DNA from: Pecten maximus
Lineage: Eukaryota
Assembly: GCF_902652985.1 (NCBI RefSeq)
Contig: NC_047015.1
Location: forward strand, 12,214,001-12,278,000
Direction of reading: 5' to 3'
Length of the DNA: 64,000 nt
The notes under the pieces were generated by a model. That model saw only the letters and a program-made list of their open reading frames with translations. It was not told where the DNA came from and did no database searches. The position numbers and the translations under genes were made by a program. This document shows, piece by piece, positions 25,201 to 37,907 of the stretch (positions within the stretch are counted from its first letter, which is position 1; each line of letters starts with the position of its first letter).

Positions 25201-28200
25201 TGCAGAGGAAGGTCAGTACACTACATCTATGGGAAGTCATCAACTGTGTACAGATCTGGGTTATCATCATCTATTACTGTTTTGATATGTTAAACTTGTT
25301 CTCTTAGCCAATGGATGGATTTCATCTAAATGACAGACAAAATACTACGTAACTAACAGGAATATGAGGTTGTTACAGGGATAGGCTCCTGTGTATGTAA
25401 TCAAACTATGTCCTCGCTCTACCAACTCATTGATTATATCTGGTTGTCCAGAAACTTCATACACTCACAACCATCATATCTTGTATGAGTTGGCATTTCA
25501 ACCACCTTGGGTCAAAAATGAGGTCACTGTTACTACAGATAGATTTTTGGCATCCTCACTCTGCCAACTTCAGTATGATCCAATTGTCCAATGATGTCAC
25601 TGTTACTATTAATTGATTTTTGAAGCTCTTATTTAACTGACTTCAGTAATTGTCCAATTGTCTTGAAACTTTGTTTACTTACTCAAAACTATCATCTCTT
25701 CTACGAAATTGCATTTAAACCACCTGGGGTCAAATTGAGGTCACTGCTACTATAAATAGATTTCCGATATATCCTTGCTCTACCAACTCCATTAATTATC
25801 AGATATATACATGTATGGTTTTGTTACTTCAAACTCTTACAACTATTATCTCATTATATTTAGTTGTGTTTTTCTGAGTGACATTGTGATTTGACCATTG
25901 TTATCATCTTTTGTTGTAAGTCAATGTTGAATAGCAAGGGCATTCGAATCGCTTGAGATGCCTTGTAAAATGGAAATTTTACAAAGATTCCAGAAAAGAT
26001 AAATAACTTTTTTCTTTAAATTAATAAATGACATGGCCAATAGCATTGAATTAAATATATTCAGACAATGAAACAAATCAGCCTTGTTCTGTATAGTAAT
26101 ACTTAATCTCTAAATTATCTGCTAACTTTATCAACAGAATTTTTCATTGGGAGTTGTGACAGTAGCCTTTTGGAAGACAACCTCTGATTGGTGAAACAAA
26201 CAAACCTTTTTTTTGGAAGATAATCTTTGATTGGTGGTTAGGTAATAGTAATCTTTTGGCAGACGACCTCTGATTGGCTCGTATCATTGTTTACAGTGTT
26301 TCCAGATGGTTGAGGACCATGAGGAGGACATTGAAGACTGGTACTTCCACAAGCAGGAGCAGGATATCATGGACTTTCTGTGTGCAGATCTTGTGCTCCA
26401 AAGGGACAGCAAAGGTACATACCCTCATCATAACTCTAAATGAATGTAAAATGGCTTGGTTATTGAAGGTGAATATTTGTACCAACAGACAGAAGATTGT
26501 TGTGTTTTCTCCTCTTTACATGAACTATATAATGTTCTTTCGCCTGGATGGTATATTGAGGTATTGAATCCCTTTCCAGTTGTATCTCATGTGTGACGAA
26601 TGTAAAGTACATATGTAGTTGCACCATTCTAGTACAGTGGACCCTCGATAATCGAACACCTTCGTTCCCAGCCCAAACCGTCCGGATTACAAGTTTTCCG
26701 GACTGCCGAATTTCGTCTACCATGTCAAAAAAATTGTCGTGTCCCGGAGGTTCACAACCGAGTAGAAATTACAAACGTTAAACACCTGAAATAAAAGAAA
26801 CTTTTTTTTTTACCGTAAGTTAAAACCCTGAGATGTACAATATACGTTTTTGACGTAAATTAGAAGACCCGGTTTTTACAACTTACTAGAGACGTATATA
26901 CCCTGATATACAAGTCTCTGAACTTACCAACAGTTCGTGCTTTTGCGTTGTTTTTTTTTACATTAGTTTAAAACCTGAAATAAAAGACACGTTCTTACCG
27001 TGATCAGTCCATGATTTTAAGATTCTTACGTAAGTTAAAAACCTGAAATAAAAGACCCCGTAAAGAAAAGCAATGTACCGTTATAAAAACAGAGCTACAT
27101 TGTAACACAGGTAAACACCCGGGGCTATGACCTGGCAGCGGTCACTATGACTATGCACAGTGTCAAGCGATAGTCTGTACAGCAGTTGACACGGGTGACT
27201 TGCCCTGACTTTTTTCTCTCCACGTGGTGAAAAAGTCGTCCTGATTATTGCGGGAAATTTACTAATGAAAAGTATGTTCTGTTCCCAAAATAGGGTTCCG
27301 GAATCAGAATCCGAATTTCCGGACTGGTGAGTACAAAAAACGTTACGGAAATCCGTTCCCGTGCATTTCCGTCCGGACTGTGAGTTTTCCGGACTATCAT
27401 TGTCCGGATTATCGCGGGTCCACTGTACATGTATTCATCAGTTCCATTTTAATTCATTGACGGTGGGTGTTGCACGGCATAGTTTCTTCGTTGGTAAATC
27501 CCTTCTCTATGCAGTCCTAGCACCAATCCAACCTCCACGGCTACATAGAGTATTAAAGTAGAGTAACACAATAAACACTTTTCCTAATAACATGCTAATT
27601 AATCTGCTTGCTGTCAAACTTAGCATCATATCTTTCAATGTAGTTAATAACTTGTTTCCTATAAGTAACATGTACAAAACCTGAAACCATTGAAAAAGGC
27701 AAACTTTGCCACAAGATTACATCCCATAGCTTGGTACCTACTGCATCCAGGGAGGTAAAAATATTCACATCAAGATTACATAGAATGGTACAATTGTTCA
27801 TGCCTTGTTTTTTTCAGAGTGCTTGTATGAATCTGCTGATCCACAACTAGAGGAATCTTCAGACTCAGATGACAAAGATGAAAAGCCAAGAACAAAGATT
27901 GATAAAAGTAACTAACTTAATCATAAGTTGATGTATATGGCAGTGTTATATATGCTGAGTTAAAAAAGGAACAATATGTATGCCAACATTATCTTCCATT
28001 TGGAAAACTGTAAGCCCAATGGTCATAACTATTGACTACTGCAAGTTTGTGCCACAAATAAGCCCCTCTCTTCTTTGCAGAACGTCAATTTTGATATAGT
28101 GAACTAAACATTGGTTCAAAAAAGCCCTCCCGAAAACTTAAATACATGTTGTACTTAACTTCTACACTAGGAAAGGGGGCTTATCTGAGGATAAATACGG

Positions 28201-31200
28201 TGCTCTGACGAACCATAATGTCCAGAACCATATTTTACCAGTAAACAGATGAGGTCAAGAGCTATCAGGAAATATCTTAAATAATAAATAATTACTTTTG
28301 TGGGAAAATAATTTACATAAGAATATTTAAATAATTACTCTTGAATACTGTAGAGAGTCTAAAGATATATATATATATTTATCTAAAGACACATTAATGA
28401 AGTCATCAGTTACAATAATACCTTTCATATCACCTGAAGAGCTTGCTCTGAAAGTAAGTGAAAGCACTTATGATTTTTGGGTTTGTGTTTTTATTTAATT
28501 CTATCTAAAGATATATATATCTATAACATCACACTATTCAGTCATAAGCATGCTGGGTGAAAGGTTATTGAACAAGATTGTTTTGTAGGAACAAAATGTC
28601 AAATGATTTTAATAACTTTTTCTAAAAACCTAGATGTCAAAGGGCCATGTTGAAGTCAAGGAATATCATCATTTTAAGAGAATGCTTTTACCTGTACATG
28701 TTGTTTTTTTCTACTATTGTTACTGGCTGTGGAGTGTACCTATGCCTGCCATGCCCCAAATCTCTTAGTTTAGAAATCCACCTGTTACTTATGATGTCAT
28801 CAACATGTTGTTTGATATGTGTTCAACATACATCACACTAATGTTTAATGGTCAATCCATATACGTGTTCAACATACATCAGACTCGTGTTTAATGGTCA
28901 ATCCATATACGTGTTCAACATACACCACACTAATGTTTAATGGTCAATCCATATACGTGTTCAACATACATCACACTAATGTTTAATGGTCAATCCATAT
29001 ACGTGTTCAACACACATCAGACTCGTGTTTAATGGTCAATCCATATACGTGTTCAACACACATCAGACTCGTGTTTAATGGTCAATCCATATACGTGTTC
29101 AACATACATCAGACTCGTGTTTAATGGTCAATCCATATACGTGTTCAACATACATCAGACTCGTGTTTAATGGTCAATCCATATACGTGTTCAACATACA
29201 TCAGACTCGTGTTTAATGGTCAATCCATATACGTGTTCAACATACACCACACTAGTGTTTAATGGTCAATCCATATACGTGTTCAACATACATCAGACTA
29301 ATGTTTAATGGTCAATCCATATACGTGTTCAACATCAGACTCGTGTTTAATGGTCAATCCATATACATGTTCAACATACACCACACTAGTGTTTAATGGT
29401 CAATCCATATACGTGTTCAACATCAGACTCGTGTTTAATGGTCAATCCATATACGTGTTCAACATACATCAGACTAATGTTTAACGGTCAATCCATATAC
29501 ATGTTCAACATACATCAGACTTATGTTTAATGGTCAATCCATATACGTGTTCAACATCAGACTCGTGTTTAATGGTCAATCCATATACATGTTCAACATA
29601 CACCACACTAGTGTTTAATGGTCAATCCATATACGTGTTCAACATCAGACTCGTGTTTAATGGTCAATCCATATACGTGTTCAACATACACCACACTAGT
29701 GTTTAATGGTCAATCCATATACGTGTTCAACATACACCACACTAGTGTTTAATGGTCAATCCATATACGTGTTCGACATACACCACACTAATGTTTAACG
29801 GTCAATCCATATACGTGTTCAACATACACCACACTAGTGTTTAATGGTCAATCCATATACGTGTTCAACATACACCACACTAATGTTTAATGGTCAATCC
29901 ATATACGTGTTCAACATACATCAGACTCGTGTTTAATGGTCAATCCATATACGTGTTCAACATACACCACACTAATGTTTAATGGTCAATCCATATACGT
30001 GTTCAACATACACCACATAGTGTTTAATGGTCAATCCATATACGTGTTCAACATACATCAGACTAATGTTTAATGGTCAATCCATATATGTGTTCAACAT
30101 ACACCACACTAATGTTTAATGGTCAATCCATATACGTGTTCAACATACACCACACTAATGTTTAATGGTCAATCCATATACGTGTTCAACATACACCACA
30201 CTAGTGTTTAATGGTCAATCCATATACGTGTTCAACATACATCACACTAATGTTTAATGGTCAATCCATATACGTGTTCAACATACACCACACTAATGTT
30301 TAATGGTCAATCCATATACGTGTTCAACATACACCACATAGTGTTTAATGGTCAATCCATATACGTGTTCAACATACATCACACTAATGTTTAATGGTCA
30401 ATCCATATACGTGTTCAACATACACCACATAGTGTTTAATGGTCAATCCATATACGTGTTCAACATACATCACACTAATGTTTAATGGTCAATCCATATA
30501 CGTGTTCAACATACACCACACTAATGTTTAATGGTCAATCCATATACGTGTTCAACATACACCACATAGTGTTTAATGGTCAATCCATATACGTGTTCAA
30601 CATACACCACACTAATGTTTAATGGTTAATCCATATACGTGTTCAACATACACCACATAGTGTTTAATGGTCAATCCATATACGTGTTCAACATACATCA
30701 CACTAATGTTTAATGGTCAATCCATATACGTGTTCAACATACATCACACTAGTGTTTAATGGTCAATCCATATACGTGTTCAACATACATCAGACTCGTG
30801 TTTAATGGTCAATCCATATACGTGTTCAACATACACCACACTAATGTTTAATGGTCAATCCATATACGTGTTCAACATACACCACACTAGTGTTTAATGG
30901 TCAATCCATATACGTGTTCAACATACATCACACTAATGTTTAATGGTCAATCCATATACGTGTTCAACATACACCACACTAATGTTTAATGGTCAATCCA
31001 TATACGTGTTCAACATACACCACACTAGTGTTTAATGGTCAATCCATATACGTGTTCAACATCAGACTCGTGTTTAATGGTCAATCCATATACGTGTTCA
31101 ACATACATCAGACTAATGTTTAACGGTCAATCCATATACATGTTCAACATACATCAGACTTATGTTTAATGGTCAATCCATATACGTGTTCAACATCAGA

Positions 31201-33606
31201 CTCGTGTTTAATGGTCAATCCATATACATGTTCAACATACACCACACTAGTGTTTAATGGTCAATCCATATACGTGTTCAACATCAGACTCGTGTTTAAT
31301 GGTCAATCCATATACGTGTTCAACATACACCACACTAGTGTTTAATGGTCAATCCATATACGTGTTCAACATACACCACACTAGTGTTTAATGGTCAATC
31401 CATATACGTGTTCGGCATACACCACACTAATGTTTAACGGTCAATCCATATACGTGTTCAACATACACCACACTAGTGTTTAATGGTCAATCCATATACG
31501 TGTTCAACATACACCACACTAATGTTTAATGGTCAATCCATATACGTGTTCAACATACATCAGACTCGTGTTTAATGGTCAATCCATATACGTGTTCAAC
31601 ATACACCACACTAATGTTTAATGGTCAATCCATATACGTGTTCAACATACACCACATAGTGTTTAATGGTCAATCCATATACGTGTTCAACATACATCAG
31701 ACTAATGTTTAATGGTCAATCCATATATGTGTTCAACATACACCACACTAATGTTTAATGGTCAATCCATATACGTGTTCAACATACACCACACTAATGT
31801 TTAATGGTCAATCCATATACGTGTTCAACATACACCACACTAGTGTTTAATGGTCAATCCATATACGTGTTCAACATACATCACACTAATGTTTAATGGT
31901 CAATCCATATATGTGTTCAACATACACCACACTAATGTTTAATGGTCAATCCATATACGTGTTCAACATACACCACATAGTGTTTAATGGTCAATCCATA
32001 TACGTGTTCAACATACATCACACTAATGTTTAATGGTCAATCCATATACGTGTTCAACATACACCACATAGTGTTTAATGGTCAATCCATATACATGTTC
32101 AACATACATCACACTAATGTTTAATGGTCAATCCATATACGTGTTCAACATACACCACACTAATGTTTAATGGTCAATCCATATACGTGTTCAACATACA
32201 CCACATAGTGTTTAATGGTCAATCCATATACGTGTTCAACATACACCACACTAGTGTTTAATGGTCAATCCATATACGTGTTCAACATACACCACACTAA
32301 TGTTTAATGGTTAATCCATATACGTGTTCAACATACACCACACTAGTGTTTAATGGTCAATCCATATACGTGTTCAACATACATCACACTAATGTTTAAT
32401 GGTCAATCCATATACGTGTTCAACATACACCACACTAGTGTTTAATGGTCAATCCATATACGTGTTCAACATACATCAGACTCGTATTTAATGGTCAATC
32501 CATATACGTGTTCAACATACACCACACTAATGTTTAATGGTCAATCCATATACGTGTTCAACATACATCAGACTCGTATTTAATGGTCAATCCATATACG
32601 TGTTCAACATACACCACACTAATGTTTAATGGTCAATCCATATACGTGTTCAACATACACCACATAGTGTTTAATGGTCAATCCATATACGTGTTCAACA
32701 TACACCACACTAATGTTTAATGGTCAATCCATATACATGTTCAACATACACCACACTAGTGTTTAATGGTCAATCCATATACGTGTTCAACATCAGACTG
32801 GTGTTTAATGGTCAATCCATATACGTGTTCAACATACATCAGACTCGTGTTTAATGGTCAATCCATATACATGTTCAACACACATCAGACTAATGTTTAA
32901 TGGTCAATCCATATACGTGTTCAACATACATCAGACTCGTGTTTAATGGTCAATCCATATACGTGTTCAACATCAGACTGGTGTTTAATGGTCAATCCAT
33001 ATACGTGTTCAACATACATCAGACTCGTGTTTAATGGTCAATCCATATACGTGTTCAACATCAGACTGGTGTTTAATGGTCAATCCATATACGTGTTCAA
33101 CATACATCAGACTCGTGTTTAATGGTCAATCCATATACGTGTTCAACATACATCAGACTGGTGTGTAATGGTCAATCCATATACGTGTTCAACATACATC
33201 ACACTAATGTTTAATGGTCAATCCATATACGTGTTCAACATCAGACTGGTGTTTAATGGTCAATCCATATACGTGTTCAACATACATCAGACTCGTGTTT
33301 AATGGTCAATCCATATACGTGTTCAACATACATCACACTAATGTTTAATGGTCAATCCATATACGTGTTCAACATCAGACTGGTGTTTAATGGTCAATCC
33401 ATATATGTGTTCAACATACATCAGACTCGTGTTTAATGGTCAATCCATATACGTGTTCAACATACACCACACTAGTGTTTAATGGTCAATCCATATACGT
33501 GTTCAACATACACCACACTAGTGTTTAATGGTCAATCCAATATTTTTTTCCAGAGAAATCCAAAGGTGAGACAGGAGATAAAAAAGATGGTCGAGATGAG
33601 CTTTAA
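19266..33606 (+). CDS. CNPY3/4: Protein canopy 3/4-like (PRAT4-type ER co-chaperone, saposin-like fold), 241 aa
   Basis: Exons 19266-19383, 22088-22208, 24618-24758, 25127-25211, 26297-26414, 27818-27907, 33554-33606. All phases are consistent (726 nt). Signal peptide MNYVRVFTLTCLCLVSLNTISMA, then CEVCKFLATEL...SELRLIEAL...SETMQTLHGLVNKGVKVDLGIPEEMWDTPSAEVTDMQRKCFQMVEDHEEDIEDWYFH...FLCADLVL...ECL (six saposin-type Cys), an acidic/basic tail, and a C-terminal RDEL ER-retention signal. Confidence 0.93.
20460..21980. repeat. 53-bp minisatellite in CNPY intron 1
   Basis: Unit TTTATTTGTCAGGGGTCCTGATTCTAGTGTGAGGTGTAGTGATCACTAGGCCC, about 28 copies. Confidence 0.95.
22662..24298. repeat. 35-bp minisatellite in CNPY intron 2
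   Basis: Unit TTGTTGTTTATCAGGACGAGGTAATGTAAGCTTCC, about 45 copies. Confidence 0.95.
26635..27425. mobile_element. Tc1/mariner (pogo/Tigger-like) non-autonomous transposon
   Basis: TIRs CAGTGGACCCTCGATAATC / GATTATCGCGGGTCCACTG, TA TSD, repeated TCCGGA subterminal motifs, no transposase ORF. Confidence 0.85.
28428..28474 (+). ncRNA. Degenerate type I hammerhead motif in CNPY intron 6
   Basis: AUCAC-CUGAAGA-GCUUGCU-cugaa-AGUAAGU-GAAA-GCAC-UU-AUGAU. The core boxes and stem II are intact; stems I and III carry transitions. It lies between 17-bp direct repeats at 28358 and 28504. Confidence 0.5.
28815..33539. repeat. 4.7-kb minisatellite (46-bp unit) in CNPY intron 6
   Basis: Unit GTGTTTAATGGTCAATCCATATACGTGTTCAACATACACCACACTA, about 100 copies with a few recurring variants. 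Confidence 0.97.
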
Positions 33607-33654
33607 TAACTACAAATGTTGTGGTAGAAACGTCCAGGACATGCTGTGTGTTTA

Positions 33655-34660
33655 AATATCAGACAGATGTGTACAAATCTCCGGAAAACAAGTGCTGAAC
33701 TCTCAAACAGATGTATACAATTATTAAAAAATGTGTGTTAAATGTCAGACAGATGTGTACCAATCATCAGAAAATGTGTGTTAAAATGTCAGACAGATAT
33801 GTACAAGTGTCAGACAGATATGTACAAGTGTCAGACAGATATGTACAAGTGTCAGACAGGTGTGTACAAATTTCAGACAGGTGTGTACAAATGTCAGACA
33901 GGTGTGTACAAATGTCAGACAGGTGTGTACAAGTGTCAGACAGATGTGTACAAATGTCAGACAGCTGTGTACAAATGTCAGACAGATACGTACAAATGTC
34001 AGACAGATACGTACAAATGTCAGACAGGTGTGTACAAATGTCAGACAGGTGTGAACAAATGTCAGACAGGTGTGTACAAATGTCAGACAGGTGTGTACAA
34101 ATCTCAGACAGGTGTGTACAAATGTCAGACAGGTGTGTACAAATCTCAGACAGGTGTGTACAAATGTCAGACAGGTGTGTACAAATCTCAGACAGGTGTG
34201 TACAAATGTCAGACAGGTGTGTACAAATGTCAGACAGGTGTGTACAAGTGTCAGACAGATGTGTACAAATGTCAGACAGATATGTACAAATTTCAGACAG
34301 ATGTGTACAAATGTCAGACAGGTGTTCAAATGTCAGACAGATGTGTACAAATGTCAGACATATGTACAAATGTCAGACAGATGTGTACAAATGTCAGACA
34401 GATGTGTACAAATGTCAGACAGCTGTGTACAAATGTCAGACAGATATGTACAAATGTCAGACAGATACGTACAAATGTCAGACAGGTGTGAACAAATGTC
34501 AGACAGGTGTGTACAAATGTCAGACAGGTGTGTACAAATCTCAGACAGGTGTGTACAAATGTCAGACAGGTGTGTACAAATCTCAGACAGGTGTGTACAA
34601 ATGTCAGACAGGTTTGTACAAATCATCAGAAAAAGTGTGTTAAAATCTCAGACAGAGGTG
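33655..34660. repeat. 21-bp minisatellite in the CNPY 3' UTR
   Basis: Unit AAATGTCAGACAGGTGTGTAC, starting about 50 nt after the CNPY stop codon. Confidence 0.95.
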
Positions 34661-35733
34661 AAGCAGATGTGTTCATATTTCTAGTAAACTACTCTGAGAT
34701 GTGTTCAGATTGAGAAGTGTTTCCTGTTGGACTTGTGCTCTGTACTGCTCACGCGTATGTCTCCAAGTTTAATGAAAAATATAAAACATGATATGCAATT
34801 TGTGTCAGGGAAAGATTGAAACTCGTCAAAATGCAGAGTTCAGTGCAAAAGTTGAGTTAAAATATAAAGACAATTTAATGAAGTACAAAATTGATGCCTG
34901 AGGATTTTATGCAAATAAGCAGATTATGCAAATAATTGGTATGCAAATAAGTGGATTCCTCTGTATTGTCATAATGAATAATCCTTTCCTGGCCTAGAAT
35001 CATTTAATTTTTTCAAGTAACTGATTCAAAATTATCTCGGTCACCTTTTAATAGGCTCCACATTGACATGGAGATTTTCAATTTCTTCTCAACTTTTAAC
35101 AAGTTAAGCACACCTGATATGTTTACCTGGTTATAACCTGTCATGACTTGACAGTCATCCATTGATCATCTGTGATTATATCATGTTTTTAGCAATTTGA
35201 TTTTAACCAATATTTGTAAAATGTTTTCATTGCTTTGACAAAATGCTTTTATGTGAATTAATTTTGGAAATCTGAGATGCCCACATATGCATGTCCCCAA
35301 ACTGGTTTGTAGTTCAAATTACAAGTATGTATGCTGGGGAATGGTTCATACCTTGAATGTTCCTTGGACCAATAGCAAGCTGGTGTCGGATGTACGTCTG
35401 TTGAAAATGTGTATAAATCTTCTTTATTTCACGCACATTGTCCTGCATCCATTTCCTTTTATATATAATTATATTTGGAATTTTGCTTGAACGTTATTAC
35501 TTACATAATTGTAATGTATCCTGGAATTGGTTAATTGTTTTGATGCCACGGCCGACCTTTAAATGCCAAAGGATAGAATGAGCGTAATAGATGGTATATG
35601 TACTAGGTACTGTGATGGTGGTTATCTATACAGATGTACATGTCCTATATAATATGTTCTGATGTTTTCTTTATCTATACAGATGTACATGTCCTATATA
35701 ATATGTTCTGATGTTTGTATGGTGTAGTATATA

Positions 35734-36208
35734 CTGTAAAAGTGGAAATGTTCGTGGCGTGGAAACTATCGCTTATTTCGCGATCATTAAATCTCCGCGA
35801 AAATATCCACACATGAATATAATAACACGAGAAAATATTGGCACCACCAAATAAACTAAATACACTAATATCCAAGACGTATGTTCCTGGTGTATTTTCA
35901 ATGTAAAAAACTGAATCAATGCTAAAATATTTGATATATATTAATGTTGTTTTTTTTTCTGTCACACAGATGTAATACAATGATCACACTTACTACCAAT
36001 TAACCTACACTATTTACTGGACCGATCTTCGCAAGCTTTCAATGGAGTTTGCCGAAAAAAAAATCTTACTTTACGTACATGCCCAATGACATCGCAACGC
36101 GAAAATATATTTTCATCATGACTGACAGCAAGAAAATATCCACACCACGAACAGTTTGGAGGCTGACTAAGCGAAAATTTCAACACGCGAAAATAACCAC
36201 TTTTACAG
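35734..36208. mobile_element. MITE with TA TSD
   Basis: TIRs CTGTAAAAGTGG / CCACTTTTACAG flanked by TA, with internal CGCGAAAA repeats. Confidence 0.8.
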
Positions 36209-36468
36209 TAATATAACTTTAATAATTTCCATAGAATAACATCAAATATTGGTACATCTCCAACAGGGACCAGACTATGCTGCCACACCACGATCCAGTA
36301 TCAGTTAATGAACTGTGAGATGTTGTTTATTATTGACATCATATTACGTTACTTACACCATCACGATATATGCAACCACTTAATTTTGTATTTAGATGAA
36401 AGCTTTTGTATCTAAATTGGATGAAGCAAATCAGGTCACCATGATGAACCTTGCGGTCAGATACAGTG

Positions 36469-36597
36469 TGTAGCGGGACTGGACTGGGTCGATCATCGGT
36501 GACCAGGTAGCTCAATTGGTAGAGCATCCTGCTAGTGTTCAGAGGTTCCGGGTTAGAACCCCGGTCTGGCCGCTACATTTTCTCCTCTCCTGTTACA
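36469..36597 (+). mobile_element. 129-bp solo-LTR-like element containing a tRNA-Thr(AGT)-like cloverleaf (36501-36572)
   Basis: Ends are TGTAGCGGGA...TCCTGTTACA (8/10 inverted match, TG...CA). Flanks are CAGTG/CTGTG (4/5 TSD). A box TAGCTCAATTGG; T-arm CCGGG-TTAGAAC-CCCGG. Confidence 0.65.
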
Positions 36598-37319
36598 CTG
36601 TGTTTAAGTTGATGTTGATGCATCATGTAAAGTGAATTTCATCAGAATATGACCAAGCTAAACCAAGAATTTAAGTAGATATATAATTTGTCTGCTCTAG
36701 GTTGTTATTTGTTGTGAATTTTTCATCTGGTTTCATCAGTCAACCATCAATAAGGATCTGTCTCGTTTCTGTATTACTGGCCTAACACCATGCTCATTGT
36801 TACCATTGTATGCATGTTACTTAAACCTTATCTATATCTATTGCCATCTAAGTAATTAAAAGTATTTTTCCATTTTTTTAAATGCGATTTCAACTTGTTC
36901 TTTTTTCCTGTATACCAACTGATGTGTATGTATTTTGTAATAAACCCAGAAATCTGATGCATAATGTCTGACTCTGAATCTGTACGACTCGTGATCAGTG
37001 GCCATATTTCAGGACAGAAAAATAGAATGTCTTGCCATTTCTACTAAAATCACAATATATGGGTGGAATTATTACCAGGCATGGGCATGTTGCTGATTAA
37101 TACACATCAGTTGCTACTGTTTCTTCTTTAGAATCGAAATATATATACTGGTATAAATCTATATATATATGTCATGCACTTTTTTGATTCCTTGATATGT
37201 CTGTCCATGCCAAAAAGAAATGGATAATTGTATCAAGTGAAAACAGTAACTGTAATGCAAGATTAATATTCTCATGAAAATGCCACTGGGAATGTACAAT
37301 TTCATGTCATAGTAAAGTC

Positions 37320-37431
37320 CAATCTAATTAAAATTAGACTTGTAATTTCCGCTTCTCAACGATACACTACAATACAAGATGCAGTGTATCGTAGAGGAAC
37401 GGAAATTACAAGTCTAATTTTAATTAGATTG
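37320..37431. mobile_element. 112-bp palindromic MITE with 10-bp TSD
   Basis: CAATCTAATTAAAATTAGACTTGTAATTTCCG...CGGAAATTACAAGTCTAATTTTAATTAGATTG. The TSD TAGTAAAGTC is at 37310-37319 and 37432-37441. Confidence 0.85.
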
Positions 37432-37907
37432 TAGTAAAGTCTACAAAGTTTGAAAATTGTTTGAAAACTGAGGATCTACAGAGACAAACATATGTTAGGG
37501 CAGCAATGACTTTTCCAAAATTGGTCTAATCAAAATGTCAGTCTGGGAAACACAACCACATAGATTACAAAGCTGTCTGAGTTTTAAAGTGATCAATTGA
37601 AAAAATGTAGGGGATGATCTCCAGGCAAAAATAAAAAATAAAGGGCAGTAAGTTTTGCAAAAAATAGTTGGATCAAAATTCCTTTCAGGGGAACTCAACT
37701 ACATATTAAAATTATAATGCACACCAAGTTTCAAAAATATCAGACTAAAGTAGGAAGAGATTTATGGATAAACTAAAGTTTGCACTGGACAACTACATAC
37801 CATAACACTCCCAATCAAACTTGCTAGGTGCATAAAAAGATTGTTTTTTTACTTCCATTTCCTGAGAAAAAAATTACACTAATATGAAAAAAAACCCAAA
37901 ACAACTT

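Noticed and set aside
28815-33539. CRISPR-like appearance (constant 33-bp core with a variable segment)
   Set aside because: The variable part is about 10-13 bp and has only a few recurring alleles, not unique spacers. It lies in a spliceosomal intron and no cas genes are present.
33711-34713. ORFs of 182-310 aa on both strands
   Set aside because: They arise from a stop-free 21-bp tandem repeat downstream of the CNPY stop codon. There is no unique coding sequence.
36501-36572. Functional tRNA-Thr gene
   Set aside because: The T-loop is TTAGA rather than TTCGA, the acceptor and anticodon stems have mismatches, and it is embedded in an LTR-like repeat with a relative at about 18230.
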